Source of the DNA: Alphaproteobacteria bacterium
GTDB taxonomy: Bacteria; Pseudomonadota; Alphaproteobacteria; Rs-D84
Length of the DNA stretch: 64,000 bases
Assembly: GCA_016927735.1 (NCBI GenBank)
Contig: JAFGMC010000010.1
Location: 5,649 to 69,648, forward strand
Direction: 5' to 3'
A program made the position numbers and the translations under genes. Under the pieces are notes generated by a model, which was not told the DNA's origin, did no database searches, and saw only the letters and a list, made by a program, of their open reading frames with translations. Below, in pieces: positions 40,620-49,056 of the stretch; within the stretch, counting starts at the first letter, position 1; the number at the start of each line of letters is the position of its first letter.

Positions 40620-40760
40620 TTATTTTGGTTGATTTCCAAAATTAGGAGGAACTATCAATTTATGATTTTGTTCCACCATTGGCTCTGTTTCACAACTACA
40701 GCATGCCCCCAGCACAAGAACCAAAGAAAACAGTCCCACAATTAAATAAAATTTCTTCAT
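40620..40760 (-). CDS. Small lipoprotein, 46 aa (not in ORF track), DUF3035-like motif
   Basis: MKKFYLIVGLFSLVLVLGACCSCETEPMVEQNHKLIVPPNFGNQPK; AAAGGA RBS; lipobox LGAC. Confidence 0.75.
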   Translation of the reverse strand: MKKFYLIVGLFSLVLVLGACCSCETEPMVEQNHKLIVPPNFGNQPK

Positions 40761-40776
40761 AATAATATCCTTTCTT

Positions 40777-42519
40777 TTATTTAGGTATTTTAACAGATGT
40801 TTTCATTTGCTTTACAAATGAATCCAGACTGATAGTTTCTTGTTTTTCAACACCAAGTTTACGCAAAGTCACGGTCTTGTCTGCCATTTCTTTTTCACCA
40901 ACGACTGCAATAATTGGTGTTTTTGCCAATGACAATTCACGGATTTTATAGTTAACCTTTTCATCACGCATATCTGCACGTGTATAAACACCTGCTGCAC
41001 GTAAATCTTCAACAACTTGATTTGCATAGTCTTTAAATTTTTCTGAAATTGGTGTGACCACTACTGGTTCTGGGGATAACCACAATGGTAAATTACCACC
41101 AGTTGACTCCAACAAGATTCCCATAAATCTTTCAATACTGCCCAGCATTGCACGGTGCAGCATTATTGGACGATGTTTTTCACCATCTTCGCCAACATAT
41201 GACAAGTCAAATCGTTCTGGTAAATTCATATCCAGTTGTACAGTTCCACACTGCCATACACGTCCCATAGAATCTTTCAGATAATTATCAATCTTTGGAC
41301 CATAGAATGCGGCATCCCCCACAGCAACTTCATATTCAATACCATTCTTTTTTAATGCGTTATGTAATGCAGCTTCAGCCTTATCCCAAACATCATCATC
41401 ACCAATACGGAACTCTGATTCTTTTCTGGTCGCCAGTTTCATCGAAATTTTATCAAAGCCAAATTTGGAATAAATATCTTTGATAAAACGCAAAACCTTA
41501 ACTACTTCTTCTTCTAATTGATTTTCTGTACAGAAAATATGTGCATCATCCTGGGTAAATTCGCGAACACGCATCAAACCGGATAATCCACCAGCTGCTT
41601 CGTATCTGTTAACCTTACCAAATTCTGCCAAATACAATGGTAGGTCTTTGTATGATGTTATACCATGTCCAAATACCAACATACCACCTGGACAAGACAT
41701 AGGTTTGATACAAAAAGTTTTTCCATCTTGGGTTTTTCCGGAATAATTATGTTCACCATATTTTGCCCAATGACCAGAAATTTCCCATAACGATCTATCC
41801 ATAACTGACGGTGTAGAAATTTCTAAATAACCTGCTTGTTCTTGACGGAAACGAATATATTCTATCAAACGACGATATATTTTATACCCCTTATCATGCC
41901 AAAACACAGCGCCCGGTGCATATTCAGGTTCAAAGTGGAATAAATCCATATCGCGACCTAATTTTCTATTGTCTCTTGCGGCTGCCTCTTCCTGCATTTT
42001 TAAGAATTCTTCCAGCTCTGACTGGGTTGCAAATGCGTCAACATACACCCGTTGTAGCATTTTATTCCCAGAATCGCCCTTCCAGTAAGCCCCCGCAACA
42101 CTGCGGATTTTAAAGCTGTCACGTGGTAAATTCTTGGAAGTTTCAACATGTGGACCACGACATAAATCGGTAAAATCACGAAATATGAAAATTGATAAAT
42201 CATCACCTGATGCATCATACTCATTCAACCATTCCATTTTATATGGTTGATCTGCGAATAATTCTTTGGCTTCTGATAATGAAACATTTTTCTGTTCGAA
42301 TCTGCCATTTGATTTTATCAAATCGCGCATTTCTTTTTCGATCTTTGGGAAATCTTCTGGTGAAAATTTATATTCAGTATCAAAGTCGTAATAAAATCCG
42401 TTTTCAATCGCGGGTCCGCCAGCAAATTTAACATCTGGATAAAGTTTATTTATTGCCGCCGCCATAACATGCGCCAAGCTGTGACGAATTATTTCAATTG
42501 GATATTGCTTATCTGACAT
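40777..42519 (-). CDS. thrS: Threonine--tRNA ligase (lacks N-terminal TGS domain)
   Basis: RHSLAH, GFYYDF, DLCRGPH, RVREFTQDDAH, AFYGPK, HRAMLGSIERF. Confidence 0.97.
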   Translation of the reverse strand: MSDKQYPIEIIRHSLAHVMAAAINKLYPDVKFAGGPAIENGFYYDFDTEYKFSPEDFPKIEKEMRDLIKSNGRFEQKNVSLSEAKELFADQPYKMEWLNEYDASGDDLSIFIFRDFTDLCRGPHVETSKNLPRDSFKIRSVAGAYWKGDSGNKMLQRVYVDAFATQSELEEFLKMQEEAAARDNRKLGRDMDLFHFEPEYAPGAVFWHDKGYKIYRRLIEYIRFRQEQAGYLEISTPSVMDRSLWEISGHWAKYGEHNYSGKTQDGKTFCIKPMSCPGGMLVFGHGITSYKDLPLYLAEFGKVNRYEAAGGLSGLMRVREFTQDDAHIFCTENQLEEEVVKVLRFIKDIYSKFGFDKISMKLATRKESEFRIGDDDVWDKAEAALHNALKKNGIEYEVAVGDAAFYGPKIDNYLKDSMGRVWQCGTVQLDMNLPERFDLSYVGEDGEKHRPIMLHRAMLGSIERFMGILLESTGGNLPLWLSPEPVVVTPISEKFKDYANQVVEDLRAAGVYTRADMRDEKVNYKIRELSLAKTPIIAVVGEKEMADKTVTLRKLGVEKQETISLDSFVKQMKTSVKIPK

Positions 42520-42600
42520 TTTTTATTTCCTTATACACTTCCAATAATATTGGATTGTCCAGACAGACATAGTCTGACATATACTTATTTAATATTGATT

Positions 42601-42629
42601 ATTATACTTTTGTGAGCGAAAAATCGCAA
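42601..42629 (-). promoter_or_regulatory. sigma70-like promoter P2 of thrS
   Basis: TTGCGA-17 nt-TATAAT on the minus strand. Confidence 0.55.
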
Positions 42630-42635
42630 TAGAAT

Positions 42636-42692
42636 TTATAACCCCAAAGGGGTTGTTGTAGTTGTTGTAAAGATTACAATTAAATGTTTCAT
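42636..42692 (-). CDS. Thr-rich leader peptide of thrS (MKHLIVIFTTTTTTPLGL)
   Basis: 18-codon ORF with six consecutive Thr codons (ACA ACA ACT ACA ACA ACC), ending about 115 nt upstream of thrS. Confidence 0.8.
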   Translation of the reverse strand: MKHLIVIFTTTTTTPLGL

Positions 42693-42700
42693 ACGCGTTC

Positions 42701-42729
42701 ATTATAAATCTAAAATACTTTAAAATCAA
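42701..42729 (-). promoter_or_regulatory. sigma70-like promoter P1 driving the Thr leader peptide
   Basis: TTGATT-17 nt-TATAAT, 8 nt before the leader ATG. Confidence 0.65.
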
Positions 42730-42730
42730 A

Positions 42731-42756
42731 TAAAAAGCGGCTAATGCCGCTTTTTA
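42731..42756 (-). terminator. Intrinsic terminator of the Cys-rich gene
   Basis: TAAAAAGCGGC-TAAT-GCCGCTTTTTA. Confidence 0.8.
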
Positions 42757-42763
42757 TTAAAAA

Positions 42764-43396
42764 TCATAATGAATAATAACAATTGGGGTCATATTCAAAA
42801 ATACCAGATTCATCGTCACCCGATGATATATTACAACTAGTAATAGATGTACTTCCGGGCAAACTACTACCACCAGATGGACATATCGTACAAACAGTTC
42901 CATTCTTATAATAGCCAGAAATACAAAAAAATGTTGATGCATTACCACCTGGACAAGTTGCATTTGCTGGACATACTATACATCCACTGGTTCCAATTGA
43001 ATTACTTGTACCGTAATACCCAGCCGAACATCTATATGAATATGTGATATTACATGTATTACAAACACAGGTTTTATCTGTATATCTTTCATACCCTGCA
43101 TTATATGCCGTCCAACCTATATCTGTACAATTTGTACAACCAGTACAATTTTCTATACAATTGTATACATTAGAACAACCTAATCCTGAAATCAAAGTTT
43201 TTGTAAAACCTGACTGACAAGTATTACAAGTCTCATAAGATGTTCCACCACCATCACAAACCCATATGGCTGTTAAACAACCGTATACATATGCGAGTCC
43301 TCCACCTTCTGGAACACAGCTCATACAAGCGGCACCATAAGATTTATTAATTAATAAAAACAACATTAAAATAAATGTTACTAAAAAACTTTTCAT
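42764..43396 (-). CDS. Cys-rich secreted/surface protein with CxxC and C.AGYY repeats
   Basis: Signal peptide; about 23 Cys in 210 aa; CSAGYYG...GCIVCP, CISGYYK....CTICP, GSTSITSC resemble ephrin-receptor-like/GCC repeats; GGAGG RBS. Confidence 0.85.
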   Translation of the reverse strand: MKSFLVTFILMLFLLINKSYGAACMSCVPEGGGLAYVYGCLTAIWVCDGGGTSYETCNTCQSGFTKTLISGLGCSNVYNCIENCTGCTNCTDIGWTAYNAGYERYTDKTCVCNTCNITYSYRCSAGYYGTSNSIGTSGCIVCPANATCPGGNASTFFCISGYYKNGTVCTICPSGGSSLPGSTSITSCNISSGDDESGIFEYDPNCYYSL

Positions 43397-43416
43397 TTTT
43401 TCCTCCGGTTTTGATT

Positions 43417-43442
43417 AAAAAAACCACCAAAATTTTGGTGGT
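43417..43442 (-). terminator. Intrinsic terminator/attenuator just upstream of the Cys-rich gene RBS
   Basis: mRNA ACCACCAAAAUUUUGGUGGU followed by a U tract; overlaps the 3' end of the cloverleaf RNA. Confidence 0.75.
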
Positions 43443-43507
43443 CGGGAGGTTAGTAACAATCACATGAATTGCGCGCCATATTTGTATATTTTGACGCCCT
43501 CCCGACC
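43436..43507 (-). ncRNA. C4/CI-like antisense RNA (tRNA-sized cloverleaf ending ACCA)
   Basis: 10-bp closing stem GGUCGGGAGG/CCUCCCGACC, two internal hairpins, 3' ACCA; exposed CAUGUG and GUUACUAA complementary to targets at 43572-43589 and 43376-43384. Confidence 0.7.
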
Positions 43508-43528
43508 AAAAGTCGGAAGGTTTTTTCA

Positions 43529-43614
43529 TCGCAATAAAATACACTTGCCTTATAAACAGGTGTTTGCGACGCATGTGCGAGGTTACTAAGCCTCATTAGT
43601 GGAACTCCCACTAA
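43529..43614 (-). promoter_or_regulatory. Upstream target region (a1/b1-like) of the C4-like RNA with three hairpins
   Basis: Hairpins 43596-43614, 43579-43594 (loop CUUAGUAA) and 43529-43569; CACAUG at 43572-43577. Confidence 0.6.
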
Positions 43615-43715
43615 CAATTTGATTCTAGCTGTCGTATAGTTAAAACACCAGAAAAATATTTAAATAAAAACTTGTTATTGTAAACATGTACTGTTTCCTA
43701 TTAATAAATAAACAT

Positions 43716-43742
43716 AAAAAAACCGCCATTTCTGACGGTTTC
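43716..43742 (-). terminator. Intrinsic terminator downstream of the hemolysin III gene
   Basis: mRNA AAACCGUCA-GAAA-UGGCGGUUUUUUU. Confidence 0.75.
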
Positions 43743-43758
43743 TAAATATTAAAAATTA

Positions 43759-44505
43759 TCAAAAATAAACTATACTGCCAAACAGAACTGCAAAGAAAAA
43801 GCATACACTGCCGCCGATTACAAACAAGTGCCAAATCGCATGCGAATATTTCATCTTTCTCCACATATAGAATATAACACCCAAAGAGTATGAAAGTGCA
43901 CCAGACAATATAAACCATAAACCATGTTCTGGAACATTTTTAATCATTTCTGGCATTATGAACAAGACCGCCCAACCCATAAGCAAATAAAGTGCAACCA
44001 TCCATTTTGGTTGACGCTTTGGACTGCGAATTTTCATAATTGCACCAAAGATAACAATTGCCCACAATATTCCAAAAACTGTCCAACCCAAACCACCACG
44101 TAAATTTACCAACAAGAACGGTGTATAAGTTCCAGCAATCAAAGCATAAATTGCAACACTGTCCCAGACCTCGAAAAAACTCTCGCTCTTTTTACCAATC
44201 ATTGCATGACACATTGTGCTGCCGAAATACAAAGTGAACATTGTAAATCCAAATATAGCACATGATACAACTGCCCACGGATCACCCTTTAATGCTGCAA
44301 AAACAACCAACAATGTTAATCCGGCAATTGCCAAACCAATGCCAATACCATGTGTTAATATATTCATAATTTCTTCATGTTTTGTAGCTGGACGTTCCCA
44401 ACGAAACAGTCCTGTTGATTGTAAAAATCGCAGTAGACCAGAAGCCCTTGTATCTTTTTTAACAACCTTTAATTTTTCCCTGACAACTTTTTTCGATTTC
44501 ACCAT
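43759..44505 (-). CDS. Hemolysin III / PAQR-family (TrhA-like) membrane protein
   Basis: EEIMNILTHG, LIAGTYTP, LYLLMGW, HAIWHLFV. Confidence 0.92.
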   Translation of the reverse strand: MVKSKKVVREKLKVVKKDTRASGLLRFLQSTGLFRWERPATKHEEIMNILTHGIGIGLAIAGLTLLVVFAALKGDPWAVVSCAIFGFTMFTLYFGSTMCHAMIGKKSESFFEVWDSVAIYALIAGTYTPFLLVNLRGGLGWTVFGILWAIVIFGAIMKIRSPKRQPKWMVALYLLMGWAVLFIMPEMIKNVPEHGLWFILSGALSYSLGVIFYMWRKMKYSHAIWHLFVIGGSVCFFFAVLFGSIVYF

Positions 44506-44546
44506 TTTTCTACCTCTATCATTATTTATAAATAACAAACATATTT

Positions 44547-46184
44547 TTAACCAATAACTTGCTGTATTCTTTTTACCACCCTTGCCTGTCCCATTACCTG
44601 CATTACAGAATACAAATCTGGCGTATTGGTACGACCAGTTATTGCAGCACGTAAATTCATGGCAACATCGCCATTTTTTACATCTTGCAAATTTGCAATT
44701 TCAATAATTTTATTCCACCAAGTGTCTTTACTATCATTTATATCAAAGCCACGCACAAATGCATCCAGCACATTTTTATTATATTCAAATTCTTTGTTTA
44801 AAATATACAAATCATCCCAGAAATATTCGATTTCTGACAATGTCTGTTTCCATGTAATAAAATCCTTTCTTATACGTTTTGGATTATCGCGTTCGATGGA
44901 TAACATTGCCTTTAAATAATCTTCTTTGCCCTTGATTATTTTTTCCCATTCAAGATTGTATCGATTTCCCCACACAATAACATATGCAGTCAAATCATCA
45001 ATATTCATTTTTCCAATATATTCTTTTGCCCACCATTCCAATTTTTGCATATCAAACAGCGCGCCCGACATTGGAATCTTTTTAATTTTTACTGGATAAT
45101 TCCACAGATTTACAGATTTGTCTTTTGCCTTATCTTCTTCATATCCACTGGAAACAATATTCAACAAATATTCCAATACTGCATCTGTTGGCCAACCATC
45201 TTCCAGGAAATTTGAAACTGATGCCTCGGTATCATGACGCTTAGACAGTTTTCTTTGCTTACCAGTTTCAGAATCTATTTTATCCAAAGTTGATGTATGA
45301 ACATAAACAGGTGGTGTCCAGCCCATCATTTTGAATAATTGAAAATGCAGCGGTAAACTGGACAACCATTCTTCGCCACGAACAACATGTGTTGTACGCA
45401 TAAAGTGGTCATCACATAAATGTGCAAAATGATAAGTCGGCAAATCATCACCAGATTTAATTAATACAACATCTTCATTATTTTCTGGAAATCCAATACT
45501 GCCACGTGCACCATCTTTACAAAAAATCTTTTGATCTGGATTACCAGTTGAATATAATCTGATAGAAGGTTTAAAATCATCACCCAGATCTTTCATTTTT
45601 TCTAAAATTTGTTCTTCAGTAAAATCGCGATACTTTGCCCATTCCCCATAAATACCAGTTGGTAAACCAGATGATTTTTGTTTATCACGAATTTCTTCCA
45701 TCTCGGCCTGTGTTAAAAAGCAAGGATATGCCGCCCCGCCCGCCAACAATTCTGCAACAACACTGTGATAAATATCTTTGCGCTGAGATTGCAAATATGG
45801 ACCATATTTTGAACCGGGCAAATCAACAATTTTCATATCTTGTTTTTGGTCAAACACAGGTCTTTCATCAGGCATTAACCCGAATTTATAAGCTGTATCT
45901 AAAATTAATTCAATTGCACCACCAACCTCGCGTTTGGTATCTGTATCCTCTATACGCAGCATAAATACGCCACCAGATTGCTTTGCCATTTTATAGTTTA
46001 TCAGCATCTGATACAGGCCACCAATATGCATAAATCCCGTAGGACTGGGGGCAAAACGTGTCACCATTGCACCTTCGGGTAAATTGCGTACTGGAAACTT
46101 TTCTTCCAGCCCCGCAATTGTCCATTCAGGTTTACCCAAAATTCTTTCAATTAATTCTTCAGATATTCCTTGTCTCATTTTCAA
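44547..46184 (-). CDS. gltX: Glutamate--tRNA ligase (long form)
   Basis: TRFAPSPTGFMHIG, LRIEDTD, PTYHFA...DD, HVVRGEEW, KLSKR; start is TTG 46184 or ATG 46178. Confidence 0.93.
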   Translation of the reverse strand: MKMRQGISEELIERILGKPEWTIAGLEEKFPVRNLPEGAMVTRFAPSPTGFMHIGGLYQMLINYKMAKQSGGVFMLRIEDTDTKREVGGAIELILDTAYKFGLMPDERPVFDQKQDMKIVDLPGSKYGPYLQSQRKDIYHSVVAELLAGGAAYPCFLTQAEMEEIRDKQKSSGLPTGIYGEWAKYRDFTEEQILEKMKDLGDDFKPSIRLYSTGNPDQKIFCKDGARGSIGFPENNEDVVLIKSGDDLPTYHFAHLCDDHFMRTTHVVRGEEWLSSLPLHFQLFKMMGWTPPVYVHTSTLDKIDSETGKQRKLSKRHDTEASVSNFLEDGWPTDAVLEYLLNIVSSGYEEDKAKDKSVNLWNYPVKIKKIPMSGALFDMQKLEWWAKEYIGKMNIDDLTAYVIVWGNRYNLEWEKIIKGKEDYLKAMLSIERDNPKRIRKDFITWKQTLSEIEYFWDDLYILNKEFEYNKNVLDAFVRGFDINDSKDTWWNKIIEIANLQDVKNGDVAMNLRAAITGRTNTPDLYSVMQVMGQARVVKRIQQVIG

Positions 46185-46225
46185 ATAACCTTGTTTTTTA
46201 ACAATAACAATTTTATACTAAATAT

Positions 46226-46879
46226 ATGGAAAAACAAGAAATAAGAACTTTTGGACGCCGACATGGTAAAAAAATATCCACTCGTCAACAATGGTTGGTT
46301 GATAATTTATTGCCAACGATGACCGCAAAAAACAATGAAAAATCCATGCCTATTATTTTAGAGATTGGGTTTGGCAGTGGTGAACATTTGCGTGAACTGG
46401 CAATACAAAACCCTGATAAAATTATTATTGGGGCCGAACCTTTTATTAATGGTGTAGCATCACTATTATCATCAATAACAAACGAATCAGATAATCATAT
46501 AAAACCTGAATTTAAAAATATTCTTATCTGGCCAGATGATGTCAGAAAAATTATAAAAAAAGATTCAACTGATTTTTTACCGATTCTTTTTTCAGAGATT
46601 TATGTTTTGCATCCGGATCCTTGGCCAAAGGTAAGACATGAAAAACGTCGCCTATTAAACTCTGATTTTTTAAATCTTTTATCACAACGTTTAACATCAG
46701 ATGGTAAAATTATTATTGGTACGGATCATCACGAATATTACGATTGGATTTTGCAGCAATTAAAAACTACAAATCTTAAAATAAACACTACTGATATAGA
46801 AATAATAAAAACAAAATATCAACAAAAAAACAAAGCAAATACCAAGAATCCAAAATATTTAATTTTGTCTGTAAAATAA
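46226..46879 (+). CDS. trmB: tRNA (guanine-N7)-methyltransferase TrmB
   Basis: LEIGFGSGE, PDPWPK.RHEKRR, TD...Y, TKY. Confidence 0.95.
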   Translation: MEKQEIRTFGRRHGKKISTRQQWLVDNLLPTMTAKNNEKSMPIILEIGFGSGEHLRELAIQNPDKIIIGAEPFINGVASLLSSITNESDNHIKPEFKNILIWPDDVRKIIKKDSTDFLPILFSEIYVLHPDPWPKVRHEKRRLLNSDFLNLLSQRLTSDGKIIIGTDHHEYYDWILQQLKTTNLKINTTDIEIIKTKYQQKNKANTKNPKYLILSVK

Positions 46880-46917
46880 AACGGTGTATATGCATATTTA
46901 TAAGGCATACACCATTT

Positions 46918-47580
46918 TTATTTTTTTATGAAAAACTTTATATTTTCGGAAATTTCTGGGCGCATTTTTTGAACAAGTCGCCAAACCTGCTCTATTTTTT
47001 CATAATCATTCCCCAATGAAAAATGTATGGCAGAATTAAACTCACTTTCCAGATTTTCCAAGAATCCAAAAACACGACCAACAAAATTTTTTTTATTCTT
47101 TATACATTCTCTAAAATCTAATACCAGTGCATCTGCATTTATATTTTTTATTTGCAAAAAAACATCTGACCAATCCAATGGATTTATTTCTTCTAAGTCT
47201 AATTTTATTGATAATATTTTATTAAAAAACAAATCATCTCTGATTGGTGTTAATTCAGATACAAAAGATGAAAGTAATGAATACGGAACAGCAATTTGTG
47301 TACCAGATGCGCCTTTTTTAAAAACAGATTTTATTTTTTCTGATAATTTGTAAAATTCTGTGTTTTCATCCAAATCAAAACGTGCAATTATTTTAGTCGG
47401 TGTTTTTTCTAACCAGGTCCACATTATTTCTACAGATTCTGGACAAATTGAAATAAACTGGATATTTTTATCTACTACTGAATCTGCTATATTAATAAGT
47501 TCGTTGGTATCATGACCTGATGGGCACTCTAATACCAACATATCTTTTAATTCGTTAAAAATAGAGTCTTTATCAATCAT
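46918..47580 (-). CDS. Hypothetical protein (possibly a degenerate aldolase-type TIM barrel)
   Basis: 220-aa ORF with weak DeoC-like alternating pattern; no catalytic motif recognised. Confidence 0.6.
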   Translation of the reverse strand: MIDKDSIFNELKDMLVLECPSGHDTNELINIADSVVDKNIQFISICPESVEIMWTWLEKTPTKIIARFDLDENTEFYKLSEKIKSVFKKGASGTQIAVPYSLLSSFVSELTPIRDDLFFNKILSIKLDLEEINPLDWSDVFLQIKNINADALVLDFRECIKNKKNFVGRVFGFLENLESEFNSAIHFSLGNDYEKIEQVWRLVQKMRPEISENIKFFIKK

Positions 47581-47622
47581 TTGCTTCCCAGTTTATCACA
47601 AATATGATACAATTAAAAATAA

Positions 47623-48510
47623 ATGAATAAACGTATTGATCGTTTTTTGCTCGGATTATTATGGTTGCTTGCAACAACCTTGGGGGCCAGCTTTTGGTTT
47701 AATACAAAATTTGGTTTTAATATATTTTTTGCAGATCATTGGCGTTATCTTGGACAATTACAGGTATCAAATGCAGCAATCAGTCCAGTATTTTACACAT
47801 CTATGATTATTATCGTATTTTTGATGATTTTTGGACTTTATTTAATAGTACGCCCACGCTTTCGAAAAATAAACCTTCAAACAGAAAATAAACCGACTGT
47901 GATTCCTGACGTTATATCAAATAAGCCTGTTGAAATTGGACCTATTTCACCTTTAACACGTCCACCCAGACTATCAATTCCAATTGTTAATAATCATAAT
48001 ACACCTCAACAAAGTTCAAACCATAAAATACCTATTAATACACCATTACCAGCATCTTTGGCATTTGAAACATCTATACCTTCATCTAAACGTGATAAAT
48101 ATTCAGAAGAAATTGAAGATATATTCAAAAACAATGGTTATTTAATAAAAAAATCACCAAAAATTGGGAATTTTCAACCTACACTATTTGCAATTGGTGC
48201 AAATGAAATTTTATGGATTGGCGGCGTTGATGTTGAAGCAAAAAAATTAATAGAAGCTGTTGAAAAACTTAATTCTATTTTCATAGAAACACTGGAAGAT
48301 ATAACTATTAATATAAAACCATTTATAATAAGTCAAATAACAGAAGAATCTTATATTTTGGAAAAAATTGAAAAATTTGATTCTATAAATGCTTTACGTG
48401 AATTTATAGACAACCATAAAAACCGTGAAATAATTGATTCTGAAAAAGAAGATTTTGACGCATATTCAGAATACATAGACACAGTGGCAGATTATTTTAA
48501 TAAACTATAA
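47623..48510 (+). CDS. Hypothetical membrane protein (2 TM, Pro-rich linker, soluble domain)
   Basis: 295-aa ORF. Confidence 0.7.
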   Translation: MNKRIDRFLLGLLWLLATTLGASFWFNTKFGFNIFFADHWRYLGQLQVSNAAISPVFYTSMIIIVFLMIFGLYLIVRPRFRKINLQTENKPTVIPDVISNKPVEIGPISPLTRPPRLSIPIVNNHNTPQQSSNHKIPINTPLPASLAFETSIPSSKRDKYSEEIEDIFKNNGYLIKKSPKIGNFQPTLFAIGANEILWIGGVDVEAKKLIEAVEKLNSIFIETLEDITINIKPFIISQITEESYILEKIEKFDSINALREFIDNHKNREIIDSEKEDFDAYSEYIDTVADYFNKL

Positions 48511-48546
48511 TTATAAAATAACTTTTGACACGGAGACGCAATAAAT

Positions 48547-49053
48547 ATGCAACTAAAAAAATCATCCGCTGAAAAGCGTTTAGCAGATCTTTTTATGGAC
48601 GATTTACCCGTAATGGAATTTAATGTACGGGATGTTACTGTTTCACCAGATTGGTTCACCAAATATAAAACACTGCGCCGCGATTTTATGAAATCACTTA
48701 CAGATTCTATTGAAGAACTTGCATTTTTAAATTTATCACAAGATGAATTTATGGGACTGATAATGGGACGTGAAATGCCTGAAAATTTATCTTTAAGATT
48801 TCGTGTACCACTTGTTTGGGGTGGAAAACTCGAAATAGATAATATGTTTTTATGCAGAACTTTCCCACACAGTCAAAATATGGATATATTTATAATAGAG
48901 CAAGCTGGAAAAGAAATAATATGGTTACCAAATCCTGCGAAAAAAGTATATGTACCTGCGCACACTGCTGGTGGCGGTGATGGTGGTAATGCAACCGAAG
49001 ATAGACTAAGTCAACTGGCTGCTCAACTGGCTACAAATCGGGGCATGGAATAA
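48547..49053 (+). CDS. Degenerate HNH-nuclease-toxin-like protein
   Basis: G..P.NLSLRFRVPL.WGG...IDN.FL....PH resembles the HNH pattern P....VHH..PL..GG.N...NL.L....H; adjacent to a SUKH-like gene. Confidence 0.55.
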   Translation: MQLKKSSAEKRLADLFMDDLPVMEFNVRDVTVSPDWFTKYKTLRRDFMKSLTDSIEELAFLNLSQDEFMGLIMGREMPENLSLRFRVPLVWGGKLEIDNMFLCRTFPHSQNMDIFIIEQAGKEIIWLPNPAKKVYVPAHTAGGGDGGNATEDRLSQLAAQLATNRGME

Positions 49054-49056
49054 AAA

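Noticed and set aside
42520-42700. T-box riboswitch or tRNA-mimic operator for thrS
   Set aside because: No GGTGGNACCGCG T-box sequence and no convincing anticodon-like loop
43436-43507. tRNA gene or tRNA pseudogene
   Set aside because: tRNA-sized with ACCA, but lacks the TTC T-loop, D-loop GG and an anticodon arm
43347-43574. 75-aa minus-strand ORF across the structured RNA
   Set aside because: No clear RBS, overlaps the Cys-rich gene start and is better explained by RNA structure; a regulatory icd/kil-like uORF cannot be fully excluded
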